A program made the translations under genes and the position numbers. From the NCBI GenBank assembly GCA_965219345.1, contig OZ244732.1:832001-896000 (forward strand): a stretch of DNA of 64,000 bases. Direction: 5' to 3'. The notes under the pieces were generated by a model. It saw only the letters and a program-made list of their open reading frames with translations. It was not told the origin of the DNA and searched no databases. The DNA is from Nitrosopumilus sp. (GTDB lineage: Archaea > Thermoproteota > Nitrososphaeria > Nitrososphaerales > Nitrosopumilaceae). Below, piece by piece: positions 46,253-54,842 of the stretch. The first letter of the stretch is position 1, and each line of letters opens with the position of its first letter.

Positions 46253-47868
46253 TTGAACTATCCTATACGCGTCTCCAAAAATTGGTTGGCAAAGTAACAA
46301 AAAAGCAAATTTCTGATTCCTTACCGTTTCTTGGATTGGATATTGAATCAGAAAACAAAGATCTAATCCGAATTGAATACAGCCCAAATAGACCTGATTA
46401 TTCAACCGATTTTGGAATTGCGCTTGGATTGCAAGGGTTGCTTGGAATCAAGACTGGAGCAATTAAACTGAAAGTCAAAAAATCAAACAAATATTGTATT
46501 ACTGTAAAATCTCAAGTATCGAAAATCCGTCCTTTTGTAACTGGTATTGTTGCAACAAAGGGAAAAATTGACGATAAAACAATTAAACAGTTCATTACCC
46601 TACAAGAAGATCTTCATTTTGGAATAGGAAGAAAGAGAAAGAAATCATCCATAGGAATTCACGACTTGGATAAGATCACTTTTCCCTTAGTTTACAAAAC
46701 CGCTAATAGAAATCATAAATTCATTCCATTAAACTCTGAAAAAGAACTTTCAATTTCTGAAATCTTTGAAAGCACTGATGTAGGAAAAGATTATGGTTCC
46801 ATACTTGGAAATTCCCCACAAGTACCTCTAATTTTAGACGCAAATCAAAAAACAGTTTCTTTTCCTCCAATAATTAACGCAGCAATAACTACTGTATCAA
46901 CTAAAACAAAAAATCTATTTGTTGAAGTAACTGGAATCAATAAAGAAGATGCTGAAGACATGCTTTCAGTTGTTGCAACCATTTTACAAAGTGCAGGTTT
47001 TACTTTGGAATCAGTTCAAATTTCTGGAGCAAAAAACTCTTCACCAAAACTTGAACAAAAGAAAATGTTTGCAAGTCCTTCCTTGATAAACCAAACACTT
47101 GGTTTGAATCTTAACACTTCAAAGATTATTTCATCATTGAAAAAATCTAGGTTAGATGCATCAACTAAAGGCAAGAGTATTATCTGTACAATTCCTGCAC
47201 ATAGATTTGATATTTTTGGATCAATGGATTTAGTAGAAGAAGTTGCTTTAGGGTATGGAATTCAGAATCTTGAACCTATACTGTCACCTTCTCGAACGTT
47301 GGGCCAAAAACATCCTAGCTCAACTAGTTTACAATCAATTTCTTGTATTATGACCGGATTAGGGTATATGGAAGCCCTAAATTCTAGCTTATCAAGTAAA
47401 AGAATTCTTTATCATAATACAAAAAGAGATTCATCAAAAACCATCTCAGTTTTAGATTCTAAAAGTCTTGAACACACCATTCTTAGAGATTCATTACTTC
47501 CAGGATTAATTGACAGTCTGGCAAAAAACATTCATGAATCATACCCTCAAAAATTATTTGAGATGGGAACTATTTTTAATAAAACAAGTTCTGTAACTGA
47601 AGAAATTCATCTTTGTGCAGTAAGCTCCCATAAAGATGCAAACTTTAGCGAACTAAAATCTGTTTTACAATCTGTTATTCAATCAATATTTGGAAAGACT
47701 TGTGAAACTAAAACCGCCACTTATCCAACTTTTGAAGAAGGACATGTTGCAAATATCACTGTAAATGGGAAAATTATTGGAATCATCGGTGAAATTAGCA
47801 AACCTACTAAAGATAACTTTAGGCTTAGAGAGCCAATAGTTTCCTTTGAAGTAAAACTACCTGGTTAA
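46243..47868 (+). CDS. pheT: phenylalanine--tRNA ligase beta subunit
   Basis: PNRPD, SFPPII, DLVEEVA and LRDSLLPGL. Confidence 0.97.
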   Translation: MPVVELSYTRLQKLVGKVTKKQISDSLPFLGLDIESENKDLIRIEYSPNRPDYSTDFGIALGLQGLLGIKTGAIKLKVKKSNKYCITVKSQVSKIRPFVTGIVATKGKIDDKTIKQFITLQEDLHFGIGRKRKKSSIGIHDLDKITFPLVYKTANRNHKFIPLNSEKELSISEIFESTDVGKDYGSILGNSPQVPLILDANQKTVSFPPIINAAITTVSTKTKNLFVEVTGINKEDAEDMLSVVATILQSAGFTLESVQISGAKNSSPKLEQKKMFASPSLINQTLGLNLNTSKIISSLKKSRLDASTKGKSIICTIPAHRFDIFGSMDLVEEVALGYGIQNLEPILSPSRTLGQKHPSSTSLQSISCIMTGLGYMEALNSSLSSKRILYHNTKRDSSKTISVLDSKSLEHTILRDSLLPGLIDSLAKNIHESYPQKLFEMGTIFNKTSSVTEEIHLCAVSSHKDANFSELKSVLQSVIQSIFGKTCETKTATYPTFEEGHVANITVNGKIIGIIGEISKPTKDNFRLREPIVSFEVKLPG

Positions 47869-47892
47869 TATTTGACTTGGTAGACTATTGTA

Positions 47893-48060
47893 TGCCCTAA
47901 GAGCAACCATGCAGACGGATTGGGATGATGTCGATCGTAATGATGCCAATGATTTCTAATTCACCCAGGCATGGCACATGAGGGCACCCCGGTTTCAGAA
48001 CCCGAAGGAGGTTTTGGCTAAATACCAATGATCTTGTGCGAGTCAGAACCGGGGGACAAT
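47893..48060 (+). ncRNA. candidate structured RNA, two hairpins each followed by ACA (H/ACA-like)
   Basis: Stems TGCCCT/AGGGCA, CCATGC/GCATGG, ATTGG/CCAAT and CCCCGGTT/AACCGGGG; ACA at 47976 and 48056; K-turn-like GGA-GGT...ACC-AAT-GAT; T-tract after. Confidence 0.55.
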
Positions 48061-48118
48061 TTTATTTCCCAAAAATTGAAAAACCATAAAACATCCATCG
48101 ATGATACAAAAAACTGAA

Positions 48119-48187
48119 ATGGTAAATTATTGGTTGGCTAAACAAGAACCCAGTGGACCATGGCAGAGTCTACAAATGAATCAGTGA
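48119..48187 (+). pseudogene. 5' remnant of an EVE-domain protein
   Basis: MVNYWLAKQEPSGP matches the EVE N-terminal YWLxKxEP motif, then diverges and stops. Confidence 0.7.
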
Positions 48188-48545
48188 TATTCTTTGGAGT
48201 ATCAACTATGGGGCTGCCTTAATCCAGACATAATGAAATGCATCAAGGGAAAAGCGGCGGATTGCAGCTATTTATGATCCGAGGTATACTGATTCTGCCC
48301 AGCCACGTTCTATCAATGGTTCCTAATCTTTTTTGTTTTCATATTTCAGAATTAGTTATGTGTCAGAATTATCGTTAAAAGTTTCTCTGTGTAGATTCTG
48401 CCTTTGTCTGTATTTTATCCTCAAAACTTTTCCGATCACGGGCTTTACCTAAAATAGTAACATTTTACTAATATCTGCCAAAAAAGGTTATAAGCATACC
48501 TAAAATGCTCGGTTTATTGATATAGTCGATTTGTTTTATAAATTC

Positions 48546-48785
48546 ATGGCAACAGCTTATGTTTTAATAAACTGTGAACTAGGTTCAGAAGAAGCTATTA
48601 TTCAGCAACTAAAGGGTTTAGAGGATGTTAAGGAAGTTCATGGAACTTTTGGTGCATACGATATTTTGGCCAAGATTGAATCAGACACTGTGGAAAAACT
48701 TAGAGAAACCATTACTTGGAAGATCAGAAAAATTGAAAAGATTCGTTCAACTCTTACCCTGATGGGTATTGAAGGTCAAACATAA
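48546..48785 (+). CDS. second stand-alone Lrp/AsnC ligand-binding domain protein
   Basis: Close paralog of 13106-13345. Confidence 0.88.
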   Translation: MATAYVLINCELGSEEAIIQQLKGLEDVKEVHGTFGAYDILAKIESDTVEKLRETITWKIRKIEKIRSTLTLMGIEGQT

Positions 48786-48804
48786 ACCCCCTCTTTTTCT
48801 TAGT

Positions 48805-49392
48805 ATGATTTTACATTTTATTTTCGTTGTAAAAGAAGAAGATCGTGAAAAACGACAATTTGAATTTGAATATATTCAAAAAATGAGCCAGTTTTACAGG
48901 GTTTGGATTAAAGAAAAATTTGGAAAAGATTGTGAAATCCAATGTGATGAAATGATTACAAAACCCAGAAGTTTTTTTCAGAGACTTGATACACACACTC
49001 TTGTAAAAGATCATGAACAAAGGGGAAGAGACGTTTACCATTTCTATCTAACTCATTTCAGACCATTCTGGACTGATTGTGCTGGTTGTGAAGGCTATCA
49101 CGCTGAAAATTTTGGAATGGTATTTTGGCAACCCCTTAAAGAATCGAATGATACATTATTTCTTGCAGAAAAAAACTGTACTGCCGTATCTCATGAATTA
49201 CTTCATGAGTTATTACGAATTTCTAAACGTAAAAAATTCATTCAAGAGGTTCATGACATTTGGACAAAGCATCTCTTCGAACAATTAGAATTTGAACAAT
49301 ATAGCGAAGATTTTCAAAAAACTGATGATAAGCCTATGTTTCTAACAATGGACACTTCCGAACTAAATCTAAAAAATAACCTTTCACATTAA
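48805..49392 (+). CDS. hypothetical protein with HExxH zincin-like motif
   Basis: SHELLHE; ATG at 48805 preferred as start. Confidence 0.65.
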   Translation: MILHFIFVVKEEDREKRQFEFEYIQKMSQFYRVWIKEKFGKDCEIQCDEMITKPRSFFQRLDTHTLVKDHEQRGRDVYHFYLTHFRPFWTDCAGCEGYHAENFGMVFWQPLKESNDTLFLAEKNCTAVSHELLHELLRISKRKKFIQEVHDIWTKHLFEQLEFEQYSEDFQKTDDKPMFLTMDTSELNLKNNLSH

Positions 49393-50021
49393 CACTTTGT
49401 AACAGAATAGATATTGTTTTCAAAATTTGCTGTTTTGAAATCTAACTTATTTTCAAGATCATTTGGTCTTGATTTACTCAGGTTTTCAAGTTCTACTAAC
49501 GCATCGCCCCTAAAACCTACCGAAGAGCCATAAATTGCGTCAGTCAGCATTGTGCCATGTTCCCCTTTCTTAATATCATCCACCATTTTATAAAATCTTA
49601 AAGTTTCTTTTTTGTTAACAGGATTTCCAGTTGCTTTGTTATATGCAACTGCAATATACATTCCATTATTTTTTACTGCAACAGGAATTTTGTGATTTTT
49701 ACCCGTTGCACCGGGAATTGTTTCGTCAACTAGAACTTCACATTTGTGATACATACTTGAAACATATGCAAAGAATCTATACTGTGCATACCTTCCAGCA
49801 TCATCTTCCTTACAACCAACAAAAACTTGGTGCAGTAGTTCCAAAGCCTCATCATTCATGCTTTGTAATCTGTCATCAATTCTGCCTCTTTCAAGAAGAT
49901 CTGATTTGCATTCTTTTGCAACCATAACTAAAATGAAATCAGGTAAATTGTAATTTTTTAGAGCAGCAACAAATGCTCCTGCTTGTGACATGCCAAATTT
50001 TGGAAAACCTTTATTGACCAT
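49389..50021 (-). CDS. conserved hypothetical protein
   Basis: 210-aa ORF; GATGKNHKIPV resembles the archaeal 'G.SG..H' restriction-fold family, degenerate. Confidence 0.7.
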   Translation of the reverse strand: MVNKGFPKFGMSQAGAFVAALKNYNLPDFILVMVAKECKSDLLERGRIDDRLQSMNDEALELLHQVFVGCKEDDAGRYAQYRFFAYVSSMYHKCEVLVDETIPGATGKNHKIPVAVKNNGMYIAVAYNKATGNPVNKKETLRFYKMVDDIKKGEHGTMLTDAIYGSSVGFRGDALVELENLSKSRPNDLENKLDFKTANFENNIYSVTKC

Positions 50022-50167
50022 ACTTACACCTCACTTTAGAAAATTTGCAACTTCCCAACATTCAATTATAAAGTTGCTTTTCGTTTATAATTGTTGAGAA
50101 TTTACATGCCTACTGGATTAATTTTTCTAATCTTTAAATTGCAAAAATTAAATTCAGGATAAATTAA

Positions 50168-52441
50168 TTGTACCATATGGAAGTCCATGACGCTGAACTT
50201 GTTTCACGTGTTTATCTGAAATTAAAAGAAAATATTGCAAAATATAGTAACATAGTTGGAAGACCACTTTCACTTAGTGAGAAAATTTTATCTGGTCATC
50301 TTAATAAAATTGATGACAAAAGTTTTGCTGGCGGAAAAGATTATGTTCTTCTAAAACCTGACAGAGTCGCATTACAAGATGTTACAGGACAAATGGTAAT
50401 GCTTCAATTTATGCAAGCTGGACTTAAACAAACATCTTTGCCGACAACCGTACATTGTGATCATCTCATTAGAGCTGAAGTTCAAGGTGATGTTGACATG
50501 AAAGTTTCCCTTGATGAAAATAGTGAAGTTTTCAAATTCTTACAATCCGGTGCTGCAAAATTTGGATGTGGTTTTTGGAAACCTGGTGCCGGAATAATTC
50601 ATCAGGTAGTTCTTGAAAATTATGCATTTCCTGGTGGTTTGATGATTGGCACAGATTCTCATACTCCGAATGCTGGTGGTCTTGGAATGATTGCTATTGG
50701 AGTAGGTGGATTGGATGCAGCAGAGACTATGGCAGACATGCCTTGGGAATTACTCTACCCTAAACTAATTGGAATTAAACTAACTGGAGAATTAAATGGA
50801 TGGACAGCCCCTAAGGATATCATACTAAAAGTTGCTGAGGAATTGACAGTTTCCGGAGGCACTAATTCAATAATTGAATACTTTGGACCTGGAACAAAAT
50901 CTATCAGTTGTACTGGCAAAGCTACAATTACAAATATGGGGGCTGAAATTGGTGCAACCTGCTCAATTTTTCCATATGATGAAAGAATGGAAACTTATCT
51001 GAAACATACCAACCGAGGTGATATAGCTGGATTAGCAAATCAAAATAAAGAATTACTTGTTGCAGATCCTGAAGTTGAAGCAAATCCAGAAAACTTTTTT
51101 GATAAAGTAATTGAAATCAATCTATCGACATTAGAACCCCATATTGTTGGACCTCACACTCCTGATTTGGCAAGAACAATTTCTAAACTATCTGATGATG
51201 TGAAATCCAATGACTATGTTGATCCAATTTCTGTTGCATTGATTGGTAGTTGCACAAATTCATCTTATGAGGATATGTCAAGAGCAGCAAGCTTGGCTGA
51301 TCAAGCAAAAGCAAAAGGAATCAAAGCTAAAATTCCATTATTAGTTACTCCTGGTTCTGAACAAATTCGAGGAACCATTGAAAGAGATGGGCTAATGGAT
51401 TCTCTTAAAGAGATTGGCGCAACTGTTTTAGCAAATGCTTGTGGTCCTTGTATTGGACAATGGAATAGACCTGAATTAGAAAAAGATCAAAAAAATACTA
51501 TTGTTACAACATTTAACAGAAATTTTCCCGGAAGAAATGATGGTCGTAGAAGTACTCTGAACTTCATCGGCAGTCCTGAAATGATTATTGCCTTAGCTTT
51601 AGGAGGAAAACTTTCCTTTAATCCATTAAAAGATGAGTTAACCGCAGCTGATGGAACAAAATTCAAACTTGAACCGCCCAAATCTGCACCTGAAGTTCCT
51701 GAAGAAGGTTTTATGAGGCCCGAGGGAATCTTTGTTGCACCTTCTAAAAATTCTGATAATGTTCAAGTCATAATTGATCCCAACAGTAAGAGACTACAAC
51801 GTTTGGAACCTTTTCCAAAATGGAATGGAAAAGATTTTGAAGAAATTTCAATATTGGTAAAGGCCAAGGGTAAATGTACCACCGACCATATCTCTCCCGC
51901 TGGTGTATGGTTATCACTTAGAGGACATTTGGATAACCTCAGCGATAATATGCTATTGGGAGCAGCTAATGCATTTAATGATGAGGCAGGTCAAGGTAAG
52001 AATATTCTTAACAATCAGCTTGAACCATTTTCAAAAATTGCAAGACAGTATAAAGAAAAACAAATGAACTGGGTGATAATTGGTGATAATAATTATGGTG
52101 AAGGTAGCAGCCGAGAGCATGCTGCAATGACTCCAAGATATTTGGGATGTGTCGCGGTTATCGCCAAAAGTTTAGCTAGAATACATGAAACTAATCTGAA
52201 AAAACAAGGAATCTTAGCACTGACCTTTGATAATCCTGATGATTACGACAAGATTCTTGAGGATGACAAAATTAGTCTGGTAGATTTAAATGATTTAGAA
52301 CCACACAAACAAGTTACTTGTATTATTTCACATAGTGATGGACGCAAGGAAGAAATTTTGTTAAATCACTCATACAACAAATCTCAAATTGAATGGTTCA
52401 AAGCTGGTTCTGCACTAAACGTTTTAAAAAATAATCGATAG
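50168..52441 (+). CDS. acnA: aconitate hydratase (mitochondrial-type)
   Basis: HCDH, GTDSHT, IGSCTNSS, ACGPCIG, TTDHIS and GSSREHAA. Confidence 0.96.
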   Translation: MYHMEVHDAELVSRVYLKLKENIAKYSNIVGRPLSLSEKILSGHLNKIDDKSFAGGKDYVLLKPDRVALQDVTGQMVMLQFMQAGLKQTSLPTTVHCDHLIRAEVQGDVDMKVSLDENSEVFKFLQSGAAKFGCGFWKPGAGIIHQVVLENYAFPGGLMIGTDSHTPNAGGLGMIAIGVGGLDAAETMADMPWELLYPKLIGIKLTGELNGWTAPKDIILKVAEELTVSGGTNSIIEYFGPGTKSISCTGKATITNMGAEIGATCSIFPYDERMETYLKHTNRGDIAGLANQNKELLVADPEVEANPENFFDKVIEINLSTLEPHIVGPHTPDLARTISKLSDDVKSNDYVDPISVALIGSCTNSSYEDMSRAASLADQAKAKGIKAKIPLLVTPGSEQIRGTIERDGLMDSLKEIGATVLANACGPCIGQWNRPELEKDQKNTIVTTFNRNFPGRNDGRRSTLNFIGSPEMIIALALGGKLSFNPLKDELTAADGTKFKLEPPKSAPEVPEEGFMRPEGIFVAPSKNSDNVQVIIDPNSKRLQRLEPFPKWNGKDFEEISILVKAKGKCTTDHISPAGVWLSLRGHLDNLSDNMLLGAANAFNDEAGQGKNILNNQLEPFSKIARQYKEKQMNWVIIGDNNYGEGSSREHAAMTPRYLGCVAVIAKSLARIHETNLKKQGILALTFDNPDDYDKILEDDKISLVDLNDLEPHKQVTCIISHSDGRKEEILLNHSYNKSQIEWFKAGSALNVLKNNR

Positions 52442-52452
52442 AATTTTTAACG

Positions 52453-52605
52453 TGGGGCCGACCGGAATCGAACCGGCGACCTACGGGTCACTACAGCTCC
52501 AAACTTACATCATCCCTGAGTCAGTTTAGCTTAGTTTACCTCTGGAGCCCTTAGCGGTGATCTAATCGTAGACACTGTCGCCCTACCAGGCTAGGCTACG
52601 ACCCC
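52453..52605 (-). tRNA. tRNA-Trp(CCA) with two introns (52551-52576 at 28/29; 52489-52541 at 37/38)
   Basis: Removing the 26-nt and 53-nt introns gives a 74-nt cloverleaf with ACGGG CT CCA GA CCCGT; BHB-like junctions. Confidence 0.9.
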
Positions 52606-52695
52606 ACGAACAAGAATGAAATAAACTTGAATTTTAAGTTATTTTTAACTAAGATTTATTTGCGATTAACGTGAATTTGGTGTTGTTCAACAATC

Positions 52696-53229
52696 ATGGT
52701 AAAACCAATTCATTATGCATTAGGCGCCATTCCAGTAATTGTGGCACTTTTAATTTCAGTTCCATTACTTACAAAAAATGAAATTCCAATTTCTGCAGCT
52801 AATTCTTTTGATGTAATTGAAATTGAATATGTTAAACATCAGCTAAAGAAAATTTCTTATGGTATTACAGAAAGAGTTGGGGCACAAAAAACTGAAATTC
52901 TTTACATTAAGAATGATGGTGATCTCAAATACTCTGTAACTGAACTTGGATCTCTTCAACCCGATGTTCGTTCTAAATTAGACGAAAAAAGACTTGACAA
53001 AATAAAAGCGCTGATAAAAGAAACTGGTTTCATAGCAATTCCATCAGAATCATTTTCAATTCTAGAAAATGTAACTGAATATCAAAAATCAAGTGTTAAA
53101 GTTACTCTTAATGGACAAATCAATCAAATCCATTGGCCTGAACAAAATGCTACGAAACAATTCGTTCCTCCAATAATTACTATGGTTGAATCTGAACTGG
53201 ATTATATTATATCTGAAATTCGTGAATAG
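52696..53229 (+). CDS. membrane-anchored hypothetical protein
   Basis: N-terminal hydrophobic helix. Confidence 0.7.
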   Translation: MVKPIHYALGAIPVIVALLISVPLLTKNEIPISAANSFDVIEIEYVKHQLKKISYGITERVGAQKTEILYIKNDGDLKYSVTELGSLQPDVRSKLDEKRLDKIKALIKETGFIAIPSESFSILENVTEYQKSSVKVTLNGQINQIHWPEQNATKQFVPPIITMVESELDYIISEIRE

Positions 53230-53259
53230 GTACAAATAGGCTTCAGTAAAAATTAGAAT

Positions 53260-54228
53260 ATGCTCCCACTATCCGGTGAACGACATGACGCTAAAGGTAT
53301 AATTTCTGAAAAAACAAACTCTGTTGATATTTTACGTGGTTCATCTGTTCTTAAACGAGGTTTTGCTCACATGTTGAAGAATGGAGTTGTAATGGATGTC
53401 ACAACAGTGGAACAGGCTCTAATTGCTGAAGAAGCTGGAGCAGTTTCTGTAATGGTTTTAGACAAACTCCCGTCTGAAGTTAGAAAAGCGGGAGGAGTTG
53501 CGCGAACTGCAAGCATTAGAATTATTGAAGACATTATGGATTCAGTTACAATTCCAGTAATGGCAAAATGTAGAATCGGTCATGTCAATGAAGCATTAGT
53601 TCTACAGGAAACTGATGTAGATATGATTGATGAATCTGAAGTTCTAACTCCTGCTGATGAGTTTCATCATATTTGGAAATGGGATTTTACAACACCAGTT
53701 GTAAACGGTGCAAGATCCTTGGCTGAAGCTTTAAGAAGAATTGAAGAAGGTGCAGCAATGATTAGAACAAAAGGTGAGCCTGGAACTGGAAATGTTGCAG
53801 AAGCTATTACTCATATTAAAAAAGTTAATGACGAATTAAGAACAATTAAGGCAATTTATGATTCTGGAGATAATCAAGATTTAGTAAGAATGGCAAGAGA
53901 ATTCAAAGTATCATATGATATTGTTGAACAAACTGCAAAACTTGGAAGATTACCTGTTGTAAATTTTGCTGCAGGTGGAATAGCCACTCCTGCTGATGCG
54001 GCATATCTTATGTCTCTTGGTTGTGATGGAATCTTTGTTGGTTCTGGAATTTTTAATGCAGATGACGCAAAAGAAAGAGCAAGAGCAATAGTTTTGGCTA
54101 CTACTTTTTGGAATGAATCTGATAAGGTCAAAGAAGCCCAAAAAATGATTGACGAAAGACAATCCATGTTGGGATTAGATGTAAATACACTAGAATTACG
54201 TATGCAAGAACGTGGTGGTTCCTCATGA
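53260..54228 (+). CDS. pdxS: pyridoxal 5'-phosphate synthase lyase subunit
   Basis: [24 protein letters not shown] and [12 protein letters not shown]. Confidence 0.98.
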   Translation: MLPLSGERHDAKGIISEKTNSVDILRGSSVLKRGFAHMLKNGVVMDVTTVEQALIAEEAGAVSVMVLDKLPSEVRKAGGVARTASIRIIEDIMDSVTIPVMAKCRIGHVNEALVLQETDVDMIDESEVLTPADEFHHIWKWDFTTPVVNGARSLAEALRRIEEGAAMIRTKGEPGTGNVAEAITHIKKVNDELRTIKAIYDSGDNQDLVRMAREFKVSYDIVEQTAKLGRLPVVNFAAGGIATPADAAYLMSLGCDGIFVGSGIFNADDAKERARAIVLATTFWNESDKVKEAQKMIDERQSMLGLDVNTLELRMQERGGSS

Positions 54229-54842
54229 GTCTTAATTTTGGAATATTATCCATACAAGGCGATGTTCAAGAAAATCTCTTGTCTACCAAAGCTGCCCTCA
54301 ATGAATTGGACATTGATGGAAACGTAACTGATGTAAAAACACCTGAAGAAATTTCTAAGTTGGATGGTTTGATAATACCTGGTGGTGAAAGTACTACTAT
54401 TGGACAACTTTCTTTGGTAAATGGTTCCCTGAAGGTCTTAAAAGAAAAAATTGAAAATGGAATGCCCGTATTAGGAATTTGTGCTGGCATGATTATGCTG
54501 TCAAAGACAGCTGATGATCGTGTTGTTGGGAAAACTGATCAACCCCTTTTAGACATTCTTGATATTAAATTAGAAAGAAATTCTTTTGGACGACAACAAG
54601 AATCCTTTGAAGCTGATATATCTATGGATTCTATTAATATTCCAAAATTTAATGGAGTCTTTATCAGAGCACCATCTGTCTCAGATGTTGGTTCTGATAT
54701 AGAAGTTATATCAAAATTTAATGAGCGAATAGTTGCAGTTAAAAAAGGGAATGTAATTGCTGCTGCGTTTCATCCTGAACTAACTGAAGATATTTCGTTG
54801 CACAAGTATTTTGTCAACCTTGTTAATACTTCTAAGAATTAA
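54225..54842 (+). CDS. pdxT: pyridoxal 5'-phosphate synthase glutaminase subunit
   Basis: PGGESTT, GICAG, RNSFGRQ and FHPE. Confidence 0.98.
   Translation: MSLNFGILSIQGDVQENLLSTKAALNELDIDGNVTDVKTPEEISKLDGLIIPGGESTTIGQLSLVNGSLKVLKEKIENGMPVLGICAGMIMLSKTADDRVVGKTDQPLLDILDIKLERNSFGRQQESFEADISMDSINIPKFNGVFIRAPSVSDVGSDIEVISKFNERIVAVKKGNVIAAAFHPELTEDISLHKYFVNLVNTSKN

Noticed and set aside
47893-48060. Identification as SRP RNA, 5S rRNA or RNase P RNA
   Set aside because: No SRP helix-8 motif, 5S consensus or RNase P conserved regions could be found by eye.
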